A stretch of DNA of 64,000 bases from an uncultured Rhodospirillaceae bacterium (GCA_964566055.1 CAZMHI010000020.1:4139-68138); one strand, 5' to 3'; counted from the first letter of the stretch, positions 44,499 to 54,342 are shown. Program-made: numbers and translations. The notes: generated by a model from the letters alone, not told the origin.

Positions 44499-44801
44499 TC
44501 ATATCCCCGAGGTGATATTCTTTTTCACCATTCTAGAGATAGTTGGTCCGATGGCAATGGCTTCGGGCGAAATGCCTGATGTGCCACCCCTTCCAAACTA
44601 ATCTGGTAAGAAGGAGAACCCTAACATCGTCCGGCAGGCCTGAATTTAACCTAGATCAAACTGGATATAACACGATTGTTGCGAATATAACATTTTTTGA
44701 TCTCTTGTATTACGTCTAAGTATGGACAATTGAAGTAATCTTTGCCAAGCTCACGCGTTCGTGATGAACACAATAAATTAATTTATTTTTGGGAGGGAAA
44801 A

Positions 44802-45758
44802 ATGAATTTTCGATTTTTAGCAATATCACTTGGCGCCCTGCTCGTTGCAGGTACCGCTTCAGCACAAACTGTTTCTTTCGGCACCAGTCCGCAGGGGGCG
44901 GCTAACAATGCGCTCTCTTCGGCGCTCGGCAAAGTGGCCAACGAACAACAAGGCCTCAAAATCCGCATCGTGCCGATGGGGGGCACCGAACAATACGGCC
45001 CGCCGATCAATGACGGTCGGATGGATGTCGCGATTGCCAGCTCAACCGACGTGCAATTCGCTTATGACGGCACGGTTACATTTAAAGGCCGTCCGCAAAA
45101 GAACCTGCGCGCTATCGCTTCTTTGTATGCCTTCCAGGTCGCGTTCCTGGTACCGGTGAAATCTAAGATCAAATCCATCAAAGATCTAAAAGGAAAACGT
45201 GTACCGATCAAATTCTCCAACCATAAAGCAGCACACCGCCACTATTTAGCAGCTATCTCAGCTGCTGGATTTACCGAAAACGATTTTGAAGGTGTACCGG
45301 TCGCCCATGTGGTGACGGCAGCCAAAGATTTTGTTCAAGGCAAGCTTGATGTGACCTGGTTCGCTGTTGGCGCTGGTAAAGTTAAAGAAATGGCAGCGCA
45401 AGTTGGCGGCATTCGTTATCTGCCGGCCGAAACTTCTCCAGAGGCGCTCAAACGGATGCGGAAATATGCTCCTGCGGCCTACATTGAAATAATGAAGCCA
45501 CGCAAAAGTGCGCCTGGTATTGCCGGCCCGACTCCGGTGATAACCGAAACTTATATGCTGTTTGGCGGCAAACATGTCTCCAAAGAAGTTGTCCATAAAC
45601 TCCTGACAACGCTGCATACGTCTAAAGCCAAACTGGGCAAAGCCTTCCCGCGCTGGAATCGCTATAACCCTAAACAGCTATGGCGGAAAACCGGTATTCC
45701 GGATCATCCGGCTGCCGTAAGCTGGTTCAAAGCCAATAATATGGCTCAGGTAAAGTAG
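44802..45758 (+). CDS. TAXI-family TRAP transporter solute receptor
   Basis: Start moved to the ATG at 44802, preceded by GGGAGGGAAAA. Signal peptide MNFRFLAISLGALLVAGTASAQ. The TAXI-like pattern and the adjacent fused TRAP permease gene support the call. Confidence 0.8.
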   Translation: MNFRFLAISLGALLVAGTASAQTVSFGTSPQGAANNALSSALGKVANEQQGLKIRIVPMGGTEQYGPPINDGRMDVAIASSTDVQFAYDGTVTFKGRPQKNLRAIASLYAFQVAFLVPVKSKIKSIKDLKGKRVPIKFSNHKAAHRHYLAAISAAGFTENDFEGVPVAHVVTAAKDFVQGKLDVTWFAVGAGKVKEMAAQVGGIRYLPAETSPEALKRMRKYAPAAYIEIMKPRKSAPGIAGPTPVITETYMLFGGKHVSKEVVHKLLTTLHTSKAKLGKAFPRWNRYNPKQLWRKTGIPDHPAAVSWFKANNMAQVK

Positions 45759-45767
45759 ACATCCCAA

Positions 45768-47705
45768 ATGTCTGATGAGTATTCGTCAGGCGCCGCACCG
45801 ACGGCCTCACTGTTGGTGCAGCGCCTGACTATTATTTTGGCGGTATTGCTGGTTATTGGTTCGCTTTTTTGGGCGGGTGACGTCTACCGCAAAGGCTTTG
45901 GCTGGCTGCTTTTTCCACAGCAAATTGTCTCCGGCCTCATTGGTATTTCAACGGCACTGGTATTTCTCCATATTCCGGCTGGCGGTGGGGAGCGGATAAA
46001 GGTTCCCTGGTATGACATTGTCGCCGCCATTGCCGGATTGATTGTCGGTTTTTATGTCGCCGTCAATTATGAACAAATGTCCCTGGACGTGCCATTCCAG
46101 AAACTCGACGGCATCATTTGTGGAATTGTCACCACAATTTTAGTGCTGGAAGGATTGCGGCGCGTTGCCGGCAAAGTTCTGCTTGGTATTGTCTTGGTTT
46201 TTTTCGCCTATGCATTGTTGGGTGAATACGTGCCTGGCGAGCTGCAAGGCCGGCCGATTGATCCGCGTGATCTAATCCTTTATGCGACTCTCGATTTACA
46301 TGGATTAGTTGGTCCTATCGTCGGTATCGCTCTGACCATCGTTGTCACCTTTATATTTTTCGGCACTCTTTTGTTCCGTTCCGGCGGCTCGAACTTTTTT
46401 ACAGATATCTCACTCGCCCTGATGGGTAATTACCGGGGCGGCTCAGCAAAAATCGCCGTTTCCGCCTCGGCACTGTTTGGCTCCATATCCGGCAGCGCTG
46501 TTGCCAATGTCGCCTCCACCGGCGTTATCACCATCCCGATGATGAAAGATGGCGGCTACAAGCCGCAACATGCCGGCGCGATTGAAGCAGTCGCCTCCAC
46601 TGGCGGACAATTGATGCCACCGATCATGGGCGCCTCGGCCTTTCTGATGGCGGAGTTTCTCGAAATCTCTTACGCCGAAGTGGTAATCGCCGCCATTATC
46701 CCGGCTGTGCTTTACTACATCGCCCTGTTTATCCAAGTGGATTTGGAGGCCGCCCGCACGGGTATCACCCGGGTCGATAAAAGCCTGATCCCGCCCATCA
46801 AAGAAGTCTTTTCAGCTGGCTGGTTTTTCCCTATTCCTTTTGCGGTGCTCATTGGCGGCCTATTTGGCCTCAATCAGCCACCGGAGCTGGCGGCTCTATA
46901 CGGTTGCGGCGCCTTACTCCTGTTTGGATTTATTTTCGGCTATCGCGGCAAGCGCTTAAATTTGCGCATTCTTGGCGCGGCAATTTCAGCCACCGGCTTT
47001 TCAGTGATTGAGATCGTCATGATCGCCGCTGCGGCAAGTTTTATCATCGCCATTCTTAATATCAGCGGCTTGGGCTTTGCCCTGACACTGGCGTTGGTCA
47101 AACTAGGCGCCGGCAACCTCGGTATCTTACTGGTTTTGGCGGCAGGCATATCAATTGTGCTGGGCATGGGTATGCCGACCATCGGCGTTTATGTCCTATT
47201 AGCTTCCTTGGTTGCGCCCGCATTATCCGAAGTTGGTGTGCCGCCACTTGCAGCCCATTTATTTGTGCTTTATTTCGGCATGATGTCCATGATCACGCCA
47301 CCTGTTGCCATCGCGGCCTATGCTGGAGCGACCATTGCAAAAGCTAATCCGATAAAAACCTGTTTTTCAGCCATTCGCTTCGGCTGGCCGGCCTATGTGG
47401 TGCCGTTTATGTTTGTGCTGTCACCGCTTTTATTGTTCAACGGCCCCAAATCTGAAGTCGCTTGGGCCGTGGCGACGGCGATCGGCGGTGTCTGGCTGGT
47501 AACGGTTAGTGTGATCGGCTATTTTTCCCGCAATCTGGATTTAATAACCCGGCTGTTATTTGCCGTGGCGGGATTCGCTTTACTTATTCCGGCGAACTTA
47601 ATGCCGGCTGGTATTTGGATTGATATTGGAGGCTTGACCGCCGGCGCTCTGCTTATGTTGCGCGAAATCGTCTCCCGGAGGCGAGAGTTAAAAACCGCTG
47701 ACTAA
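45768..47705 (+). CDS. TRAP transporter fused 4TM/12TM permease (TAXI type)
   Basis: 645-aa highly hydrophobic ORF immediately downstream of the TAXI receptor. GSISGSAVANVASTGVITIPMM is the DctM-like signature. Confidence 0.85.
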   Translation: MSDEYSSGAAPTASLLVQRLTIILAVLLVIGSLFWAGDVYRKGFGWLLFPQQIVSGLIGISTALVFLHIPAGGGERIKVPWYDIVAAIAGLIVGFYVAVNYEQMSLDVPFQKLDGIICGIVTTILVLEGLRRVAGKVLLGIVLVFFAYALLGEYVPGELQGRPIDPRDLILYATLDLHGLVGPIVGIALTIVVTFIFFGTLLFRSGGSNFFTDISLALMGNYRGGSAKIAVSASALFGSISGSAVANVASTGVITIPMMKDGGYKPQHAGAIEAVASTGGQLMPPIMGASAFLMAEFLEISYAEVVIAAIIPAVLYYIALFIQVDLEAARTGITRVDKSLIPPIKEVFSAGWFFPIPFAVLIGGLFGLNQPPELAALYGCGALLLFGFIFGYRGKRLNLRILGAAISATGFSVIEIVMIAAAASFIIAILNISGLGFALTLALVKLGAGNLGILLVLAAGISIVLGMGMPTIGVYVLLASLVAPALSEVGVPPLAAHLFVLYFGMMSMITPPVAIAAYAGATIAKANPIKTCFSAIRFGWPAYVVPFMFVLSPLLLFNGPKSEVAWAVATAIGGVWLVTVSVIGYFSRNLDLITRLLFAVAGFALLIPANLMPAGIWIDIGGLTAGALLMLREIVSRRRELKTAD

Positions 47706-48451
47706 ACCGGCTCGCCACTCGGCAGATCAAACAAATTATCCGGCAGGCTTTCGATATAATCGATAACCACGTCGCTTGGGTGCACGTCAGCATATTTGGC
47801 GTGAAGGTCCAGCAATGTCACCGCATGGGAAATATCGGAGCGGTCAAAGCAGGCATCCTCAACCACGCAGACATGATAATTACGGCTAAAGGCATCCACT
47901 GCAGTAGCGCGCACACAGCCCGACGTCGTTGTCCCGGTAACAATCACCGAGTCAGCGCCTAGAAGATTTAAATAACTCTCTGTTGGTGCTTCATAAAAGG
48001 CGCTCGGTTTTTGCTTGAGGACGATAATATCCTGATCTTCCGGTGCAATCTCATCGACAATGTCATTGCCGTCCCGGTTGGTCCTAGGCGCCGGCTTTGA
48101 GTGTTCAGCTTTTTCAGTTTGAAATTTTTTCCAGGCCCAGGCGCGCCGGTCCCATTTATCATCCCGGCCATAGCCGGTCGTGTAGATCACCGGAATACTT
48201 TTGGTATGTGCCGTAGCTATCAGTTTTTGCAGCACCGGCATGGCATCCCAAGCCGCTTCGCCACAGGTAAGTTTCCAGGTTTTGAGAGCCTCCAAGATCG
48301 GCTCCCGTTTATCACCGCAAAAGGCATAGCTGACATCAATCACCATCAAGACCGGGCGCTCACCAAAACCGGCGTTCTGGCCAAACCCGGCTGCATCGAA
48401 CACTTCCTGGTCCCGCTCGGAAATATATTTATCCCAAATTTTTTCAGTCAA
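47702..48451 (-). CDS. isochorismatase-family cysteine hydrolase (N-carbamoylsarcosine amidase / maleamate amidohydrolase-like)
   Basis: 249-aa ORF. PVLMVIDVSYAF (catalytic Asp region), the KQKPSAF Lys region, and VIVTGTTTSGCVRATAVDA (nucleophile Cys). Confidence 0.75.
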   Translation of the reverse strand: MTEKIWDKYISERDQEVFDAAGFGQNAGFGERPVLMVIDVSYAFCGDKREPILEALKTWKLTCGEAAWDAMPVLQKLIATAHTKSIPVIYTTGYGRDDKWDRRAWAWKKFQTEKAEHSKPAPRTNRDGNDIVDEIAPEDQDIIVLKQKPSAFYEAPTESYLNLLGADSVIVTGTTTSGCVRATAVDAFSRNYHVCVVEDACFDRSDISHAVTLLDLHAKYADVHPSDVVIDYIESLPDNLFDLPSGEPV

Positions 48452-48569
48452 TTTATCATTCCTCTTTTGTTATTCTTATATAATAGCGGCACATCGGCGG
48501 AACGAATACAAAATTCCAGAGTAATTGAGATAAGTGGGTACTACCTGTCAGCACTGGCAAGGCATATTT

Positions 48570-49304
48570 TCAGTTTAATAATTGCTTTTGATTGGCAACG
48601 CGCGCCACCAAAGCCAGTTTGAACCAGGCAGGCATAGATTTTCTGAGCACCGCTTGGCCAATTAGTTCGATGGCATCATCGGCGATCGCTTTCTTTAGAC
48701 TCGCCTTCCCGATCCAAACTTGAGCCAGAGTTCGAACGCTGGTGGTTACAAATAAATCAGGTTCATAACCAGGATCAGATTGGCAAAGATCAATTTCATC
48801 ATTGATAACCAGCCACCACAGGCTCATCTCCTTTTTGGCGTCAGTAAATTCGAATTGCAAGACAGTTTGGCCGTCAGGTAAGGCCTCGACATCAATTTCC
48901 CGGCTGATATCCCACATCAATACACTGGCATCCCAGTCATTGCTGTCAAAAGCTGATTCAACCCGACGCTGTCCCCACACACCAAGAGCAATAATTATTG
49001 GTTTCAATTCTTCCCCGGCGGCGGTCAATACGTACTCCGTACTAGTTTTGGCAGTCACTGTTGCGATCCGATCAATCACGCCCGCAGCCTCAAGTTCTTT
49101 TAAACGTTTCGATAGCAATGTTGGCGACATCAGCGGCACACCGCGCCGAATTTCATTAAAGTGGCGCGCACCACAAAAAAGTTCCCTTAATATGAGAGGA
49201 GTCCAGCGCGTCGTAACTATTTCCGCCGCTTTGGCAACGGGACAAAACTGTCCATAACTGATGCCTTGTTCCATATCAGAGTCTCCTGATTTTTTATCCG
49301 GCAT
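48570..49304 (-). CDS. HxlR-family winged-helix regulator with ~120-aa C-terminal extension
   Basis: 244-aa ORF (alternative start 49274). CPVAKAAEIVTTRWTPLILRELFCGARHFNEIRRGVPLMSPTLLSKRLKELEAAGVI is the HxlR signature. The C-terminal half has no family assignment from me. Confidence 0.75.
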   Translation of the reverse strand: MPDKKSGDSDMEQGISYGQFCPVAKAAEIVTTRWTPLILRELFCGARHFNEIRRGVPLMSPTLLSKRLKELEAAGVIDRIATVTAKTSTEYVLTAAGEELKPIIIALGVWGQRRVESAFDSNDWDASVLMWDISREIDVEALPDGQTVLQFEFTDAKKEMSLWWLVINDEIDLCQSDPGYEPDLFVTTSVRTLAQVWIGKASLKKAIADDAIELIGQAVLRKSMPAWFKLALVARVANQKQLLN

Positions 49305-49317
49305 TCCGGGTTGTTTT

Positions 49318-49364
49318 AAGGTACGTCAACCAGGTACCTTCTCCTAGTACATTTTCTGTACTAG
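49318..49364. promoter_or_regulatory. two adjacent GTAC-core palindromes (candidate HxlR operators)
   Basis: AAGGTAC-n9-GTACCTT (49318-49340) and CTAGTAC-n7-GTACTAG (49344-49364), in the 140-bp divergent spacer between the regulator and ORF 49445. Confidence 0.4.
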
Positions 49365-49444
49365 ATAGTTTTTGCCCGTTGTTTATTTTTGAACTCATCA
49401 AAGATTATTCCAACTAGTTCAACTTAATCAAAAAGGAGTTCAAA

Positions 49445-50563
49445 ATGTTACCGCATAACGTTAAATCAGTTGTTTTTGACAATGTTTCAAAAATACCTAT
49501 CCGCTACGTAACCCCGGTGCCATATAATGACGCCACGGATTTGGTCGCTAAGGTCTATGAAATTGTCGCCGATGAGTTCTTTATCAATGGCGCTATCACC
49601 ACTCATTCTGTACGCCCGCTTTTATTGGCTGGGATGTGGTGTGGTGGACGTGAGTTAGTTATGGCGCACGGTCACTATTCCCGCGAAGTTAAGGAGGGAT
49701 TGGGGGTAAGCTTTGCCCAAAACAATGGCTGTACTTATTGTGAAGATATGATGGTCAGTGTTGTCTATGGTGCCGGTGATGATGCCTTTGCCCGCGACGT
49801 TCGCTATGGCAATCAGCAGGATATCAAGGACAATGATATCCGGGCACTTCACGAGTGGGTGCAAAACTACCGCGACCCAGACTCAGACATCATGCGCAAT
49901 CCTCCATTCAATTCTGAGCATGCAGCTGAGATGATTGGTGTTGCCTTTATGTTTAATTATCTGAACCGTTACGTGAAAGTGTTCTTTAACGGCACACCAC
50001 TCAATCCTCTTTTTGGTTCGGATCAAATCAAGTCCGGCATGTTTAAAACTTTTGGCAATGAACTTCGGCCATCCGTTACCAAACAACTTGAATATGGCCG
50101 CGCCGCAGACTTACTTCCGCCTGCAGAGCTGCCGAGTGACATTGGCTGGGCCGCAGGAAATAGAAATATTGCTCAACCCATCGCTCGTTGGGCAGCGGCG
50201 ATAGAAGAAGCGGCAGTTCCTGATATCTCGGAAAATGTTCGCGAAGTCGTCAGCACTGCCATTTCCAATTGGCGGGGTGAAGAGATGGAATTGAGCAGGA
50301 GTTGGGTCGAACCCTACCTTGCTGGTCTGGAAAAGCCGGATTATGCAGCAGCAAAAATCGGTTTGTTAACAGCTTTAGCACCAACGCAAATCAGCGACGA
50401 TGTTATCGATGATTATCGTAAATATTTTAAAGGTGACGCGGCTTTAGTCAGTTTGGTTTCCTGGTCAGCCTTCACGGCGACCCGCCGGATTGCAGCTTGG
50501 ATCGCTGATGCGGCTGAGTGCGTGCCTTATAGAGACACATTTTACGGCAATAAAACTAATTAG
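49445..50563 (+). CDS. hypothetical protein with CxxC motif (possible AhpD/carboxymuconolactone-decarboxylase-like fold)
   Basis: 372-aa ORF with a good RBS (AAAAGGAG). NNGCTYCEDMM is reminiscent of the AhpD-like CxxC helix. The assignment is weak. Confidence 0.35.
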   Translation: MLPHNVKSVVFDNVSKIPIRYVTPVPYNDATDLVAKVYEIVADEFFINGAITTHSVRPLLLAGMWCGGRELVMAHGHYSREVKEGLGVSFAQNNGCTYCEDMMVSVVYGAGDDAFARDVRYGNQQDIKDNDIRALHEWVQNYRDPDSDIMRNPPFNSEHAAEMIGVAFMFNYLNRYVKVFFNGTPLNPLFGSDQIKSGMFKTFGNELRPSVTKQLEYGRAADLLPPAELPSDIGWAAGNRNIAQPIARWAAAIEEAAVPDISENVREVVSTAISNWRGEEMELSRSWVEPYLAGLEKPDYAAAKIGLLTALAPTQISDDVIDDYRKYFKGDAALVSLVSWSAFTATRRIAAWIADAAECVPYRDTFYGNKTN

Positions 50564-50643
50564 ACCCACTGACTATGAATACCTATATCGGATGAAGGGG
50601 TTTGGTCCAACTGGACTGAGCCCTTTCTTCTTTTATCACAGCT

Positions 50644-52800
50644 TCATTGCATAGCCGCCAATTTGATGGCGTCGGCATCAAACGGCATACGGCGGAGACG
50701 AAGACCCACTGCATCGTAAATTGCGTTGACAATTGCCCCACCGACAGGCCCCGCAACCGTTTCACCCGCACCTAAGAAGGGCTCTCCTGGGCGTTCCATC
50801 AAAATGGTTTTGACCTCGGGGATGTTATTGAAGCGGATGATCGGATAGGTCTCCCAATCCCGACTGGTGATACCCCCACCATCATAGGTGACTTGTTCAT
50901 AAAGCGACCAACTGGCGGCCTGGATAAGCCCGCCCTCAAGTTGTGCAGTTAAACCATCCGGATCAACGACCTCACCGGCATCACAAGCGATCCAGGCGCG
51001 GTGTAATATTACTTCGGCCTCATCATTAACTTCAACTTCAATACCAACAGCACAATAGGCGGCAACGTTTTTGTATTGAGCGAAGGCGATACCCGATCCC
51101 CTGCCCTCATCCTGACCGGCTTGGTCTGTCGTCATACTTTCAGCCAGTGCCGAGATAACGTCTTTGGCTCGCTGATTGTCGAGGTGGTTGAGACGAAATT
51201 CAGCGGGTGACAGATCAGCGGCCTCGGCAAGCTCATCAATAAAGGACTCCATTGCTGTAACATTGGCGAAAGCGCCGAGCGTACGCAGGGCCGAGACTCG
51301 AAGTGGCAAGTCGCGTACCAAGTTCTTTACCAAACGCGGCTCCGGGAATCTATAAAGCGGCTCAAGATTACGGTGCACACCAACATGAGCCCCCATGGTA
51401 GGCGGGGCCACGGGCCAAGCAAGCGGGTTTTCCATATAATGTGTCGATAATAATTTTTCCGCCGGTGAGCCTGCCCGGCCCGGCGCAGGTCTCGCCATAA
51501 ACGTGTCGCCATAGCTTTCATGAGACCAATCAATGACCGTACCCTCATCATCAAGACTAGCGCGCATTTCACAAACCATCGCCGAGCCATAGGGCTCCCA
51601 GGCATGTTCATCATCACGGGTCCATTTGAGTAATATTGGCTTACCCGGTACGGCCCTCGCAATCAGCGCCGCATCGAAGGCGGCATCATCGGCGCCATTG
51701 TGGCCATAGCAGCCAGAACCCGGCATGTAGGATATATGAATATCATCGACTGCCATATTGAGCGCTTCGGCCATGGCAGCGCGCAAGGGGTAAACTCCCT
51801 GATTGTGGGTCCAAACGGTCAGCTTACCGCCTTCAAAAAGCGCGCAGCCTGCCGAAGGCGCGATGGAACCATGCATGTGATAGGGTTTTTCAAAGCGCGC
51901 TGAGATCGTCGTCGCAGCTTCAGCAGGTGGGTCTTCAAGCGGTGGTACCGGCTCATTCACTGGAGCGCCGCCAGGAGCGACAGGTAGGCTGACCCGCTCA
52001 TTCGATGTCAGAGTTTCGTAAAGCTCGCCTATCGGCAAGCCATCTTTCAAGTCCCACTCGGCTGCACTGGCGATCTGCCCGGCGGCTTTCACGGCGGTGT
52101 ATTCATCCGCCGCCACAACAGCGATAAAACTGCCGTCAACCACGACCGTCACACCATTTTCAGAAAGGCGGTCAATCGTGCTTTGATCAATGTCTTTAAG
52201 TTCAGCCAGATAATGTGGGGGCCGCACCAGACGCGCATTGAGCATATCCGGCATTACCATGTCGTGAATGTAGCGCATGGTTCCGGTGACGATCTCGCTC
52301 ATGCCTTTGGTGAGCACATGCGTGCCAACCTTAGTGTGATCCTCCGGCGCTTTAACAGACACATCCTCATCAACTGAAATATCAAACTTACCCTCCGGCA
52401 GCAGCTCCCAATAGGTAATGCTTTCATTGGTATCACGGGACTGAATAAGTCCATCCTCGACCGTCAGAGCCGCAACCTCTACGCCAAGCTTTTCAGCAGC
52501 GCGCTGCAGCAGGAACCGGCGCGCCGTGGCGCTCGCCAGGCGGATCGCTTTACCGGAATGCTGCATCGACATACTGCCGGCAGTAAAGCCTTCATTGGGA
52601 TCGATGCCGGTTTCAGTGCGCCTGACATCTATACGGTCATACTCAACATCCAACTCTTCGGCGGCAATAATGGCCAGCGCCGTCGAGATACGCTGGCCGA
52701 TATCGACTTTACCGGTGTGAAGAATAATCCGGTCATCGGCACCCATTTCAATCCACTGATCGAGAGCCGGGTGATCTGCTATGCTTGGATGACCCGCCAT
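50644..52800 (-). CDS. molybdopterin-dependent hydroxylase large subunit (IorB / aldehyde oxidase-xanthine dehydrogenase family)
   Basis: 718-aa ORF. GKVDIGQRISTALAIIAAEELDV, GSGCYGHNGADDAA and GAGETVAGPVGGAIVNAIYDAVG match the IorB-like beta subunit pattern. It sits directly after the 2Fe-2S subunit gene. Confidence 0.8.
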   Translation of the reverse strand: MAGHPSIADHPALDQWIEMGADDRIILHTGKVDIGQRISTALAIIAAEELDVEYDRIDVRRTETGIDPNEGFTAGSMSMQHSGKAIRLASATARRFLLQRAAEKLGVEVAALTVEDGLIQSRDTNESITYWELLPEGKFDISVDEDVSVKAPEDHTKVGTHVLTKGMSEIVTGTMRYIHDMVMPDMLNARLVRPPHYLAELKDIDQSTIDRLSENGVTVVVDGSFIAVVAADEYTAVKAAGQIASAAEWDLKDGLPIGELYETLTSNERVSLPVAPGGAPVNEPVPPLEDPPAEAATTISARFEKPYHMHGSIAPSAGCALFEGGKLTVWTHNQGVYPLRAAMAEALNMAVDDIHISYMPGSGCYGHNGADDAAFDAALIARAVPGKPILLKWTRDDEHAWEPYGSAMVCEMRASLDDEGTVIDWSHESYGDTFMARPAPGRAGSPAEKLLSTHYMENPLAWPVAPPTMGAHVGVHRNLEPLYRFPEPRLVKNLVRDLPLRVSALRTLGAFANVTAMESFIDELAEAADLSPAEFRLNHLDNQRAKDVISALAESMTTDQAGQDEGRGSGIAFAQYKNVAAYCAVGIEVEVNDEAEVILHRAWIACDAGEVVDPDGLTAQLEGGLIQAASWSLYEQVTYDGGGITSRDWETYPIIRFNNIPEVKTILMERPGEPFLGAGETVAGPVGGAIVNAIYDAVGLRLRRMPFDADAIKLAAMQ

Positions 52801-52801
52801 A

Positions 52802-53266
52802 TTAAGCCCCCTCTGCCGTCAAGCGGCCAATCGCAGTTAAAACCCGGCGGTGCGAACCGCAACGGCAAAGATGATCATGTAAAGCTTCATGAATATCTTC
52901 TTCACTTGGTTGAGCGGTTTTATCTAAAAGAGCGGTCGTGGCAACGATTATACCAGACGTACAGTAACCGCATTGCGCCGCCCCCTCATCTTGAAAAGCC
53001 TGCTGCACCGGGCTTAATTCTCCCCCTTCAGCCAGGCCCTCAATGGTTACAATCTTGGCGCCTTCAAATTCAGAAGCCGCCCGGACGCAGGAATTGGTCG
53101 CTTCCCCATCCACCAAGACAACGCAAGCACCACATTGCTCCTGGCCGCAACCCAGTTTCGGACCAGTTAGCTGGAGATGGTTTCGGAGCACATAAATTAA
53201 CGGCGTGTCCGGATCTACATCGATCACGTGGGCTTCACCATTCACATGAAGATTTAACTCAGACAT
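52802..53266 (-). CDS. [2Fe-2S]-binding small subunit of the molybdenum hydroxylase (IorA-like)
   Basis: 154-aa ORF. GCGQEQCGACVVLVDG and QCGYCTSGIIV...LCRCGSH are the two Fe-S cluster motifs. Confidence 0.85.
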   Translation of the reverse strand: MSELNLHVNGEAHVIDVDPDTPLIYVLRNHLQLTGPKLGCGQEQCGACVVLVDGEATNSCVRAASEFEGAKIVTIEGLAEGGELSPVQQAFQDEGAAQCGYCTSGIIVATTALLDKTAQPSEEDIHEALHDHLCRCGSHRRVLTAIGRLTAEGA

Positions 53267-53281
53267 TTAATAGACCCCGCT

Positions 53282-53896
53282 TTAGGACGGCATTTCGAAA
53301 TAGGTGGCTTTCATCGATGGACGTTCTGAAAACTCGGCAGCCCAGGCGGCGAGATTATGATGACGGTCGCGCCAGCCGAAATCCGGAAATCTAAAATCAA
53401 GATAACCAAGTGCGCAGGCGGTAGATAATGGCCCGATGGTTAGTGGACCTTTGAGTTCATCTATCCGGCTTTCAATATCGGCGAGACTGCGCTCAACCTT
53501 TTCCAGCTGAAATTCAATCGCTGGCTCGTAAACAAACTCATCCGGACGCATATATTTGTTCATAGTGGCGATAATCACCGCTTCACCAACACCATCTGCC
53601 AGCCCTTGCAGTAAGAGCGTTGACCAACGCTTAGCCGGGTCAGCAGGGAAAAACTTGGCGCCGTCATGGAGCATATCCAAATATTCGCAGATTACTTTAG
53701 AATCATACAGTACGTCACCAGTGTCCAACTCCAGCGCCGGAATTTTGCCGAGCGGATTATATTTTGGCATTTCGGCGGCCATTTCTTCCGGCGTGGCGAA
53801 AATATTCTCTTCAATCTGATCAATAATGCCGATTTCTCTCGACATAACACGGACTTTACGGGCAAACGGCGAGGCCGGGCGGGCATAGAGTTTCAT
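53282..53896 (-). CDS. glutathione S-transferase family protein
   Basis: 204-aa ORF. MKLYARPASPFARKVRV, NPLGKIPALEL and DSKVICEYL form a thioredoxin-like GST N-domain, followed by a helical C-domain. Confidence 0.8.
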   Translation of the reverse strand: MKLYARPASPFARKVRVMSREIGIIDQIEENIFATPEEMAAEMPKYNPLGKIPALELDTGDVLYDSKVICEYLDMLHDGAKFFPADPAKRWSTLLLQGLADGVGEAVIIATMNKYMRPDEFVYEPAIEFQLEKVERSLADIESRIDELKGPLTIGPLSTACALGYLDFRFPDFGWRDRHHNLAAWAAEFSERPSMKATYFEMPS

Positions 53897-53913
53897 TAAA
53901 ATATCCTAGAGAG

Positions 53914-54333
53914 TTACTTGTCGGCAGCCATTTCTTCGGCGGCTTCCTGCATACGTTTTTGGTTTCGCTGCATCCAATCTTCAGCGAGCGGGATACCCGG
54001 CCCAATCCACATCACGTTGGTGGTGTGATCCTCATAGCCGTTACCCGTGTTGGGATGAAGCAGAATATGCAAGCCACCGCGATTGAGCGCCAAAAACGGT
54101 ACTAGGACATGGAAGAGTTCAGTTGGAAAGGTGACTTGAAAATGTGACCTCGGGTGAGGCCCTTGCGGCGCCAAATCCCGCCAGCGGCCAAGCTCAATTT
54201 GCTTGCCGAAACGCCGGTCCAATTCCCGGCGCAGATTGGCCGCATGTAATTTGGTTCCCCCGTCGTAATACAGATGAACATGATAATTTTTGACGTCCGT
54301 CTCCGGACGGTATTCTTTATGAATAAAATTCAT
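53914..54333 (-). CDS. DOPA 4,5-dioxygenase-like family protein
   Basis: 139-aa ORF. YHVHLYYD, GPHPRSHFQV, RGGLHILLHPNTG and DHTTNVMWIG follow the conserved His pattern of that small family. Confidence 0.6.
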   Translation of the reverse strand: MNFIHKEYRPETDVKNYHVHLYYDGGTKLHAANLRRELDRRFGKQIELGRWRDLAPQGPHPRSHFQVTFPTELFHVLVPFLALNRGGLHILLHPNTGNGYEDHTTNVMWIGPGIPLAEDWMQRNQKRMQEAAEEMAADK

Positions 54334-54342
54334 CGTCTCGTC

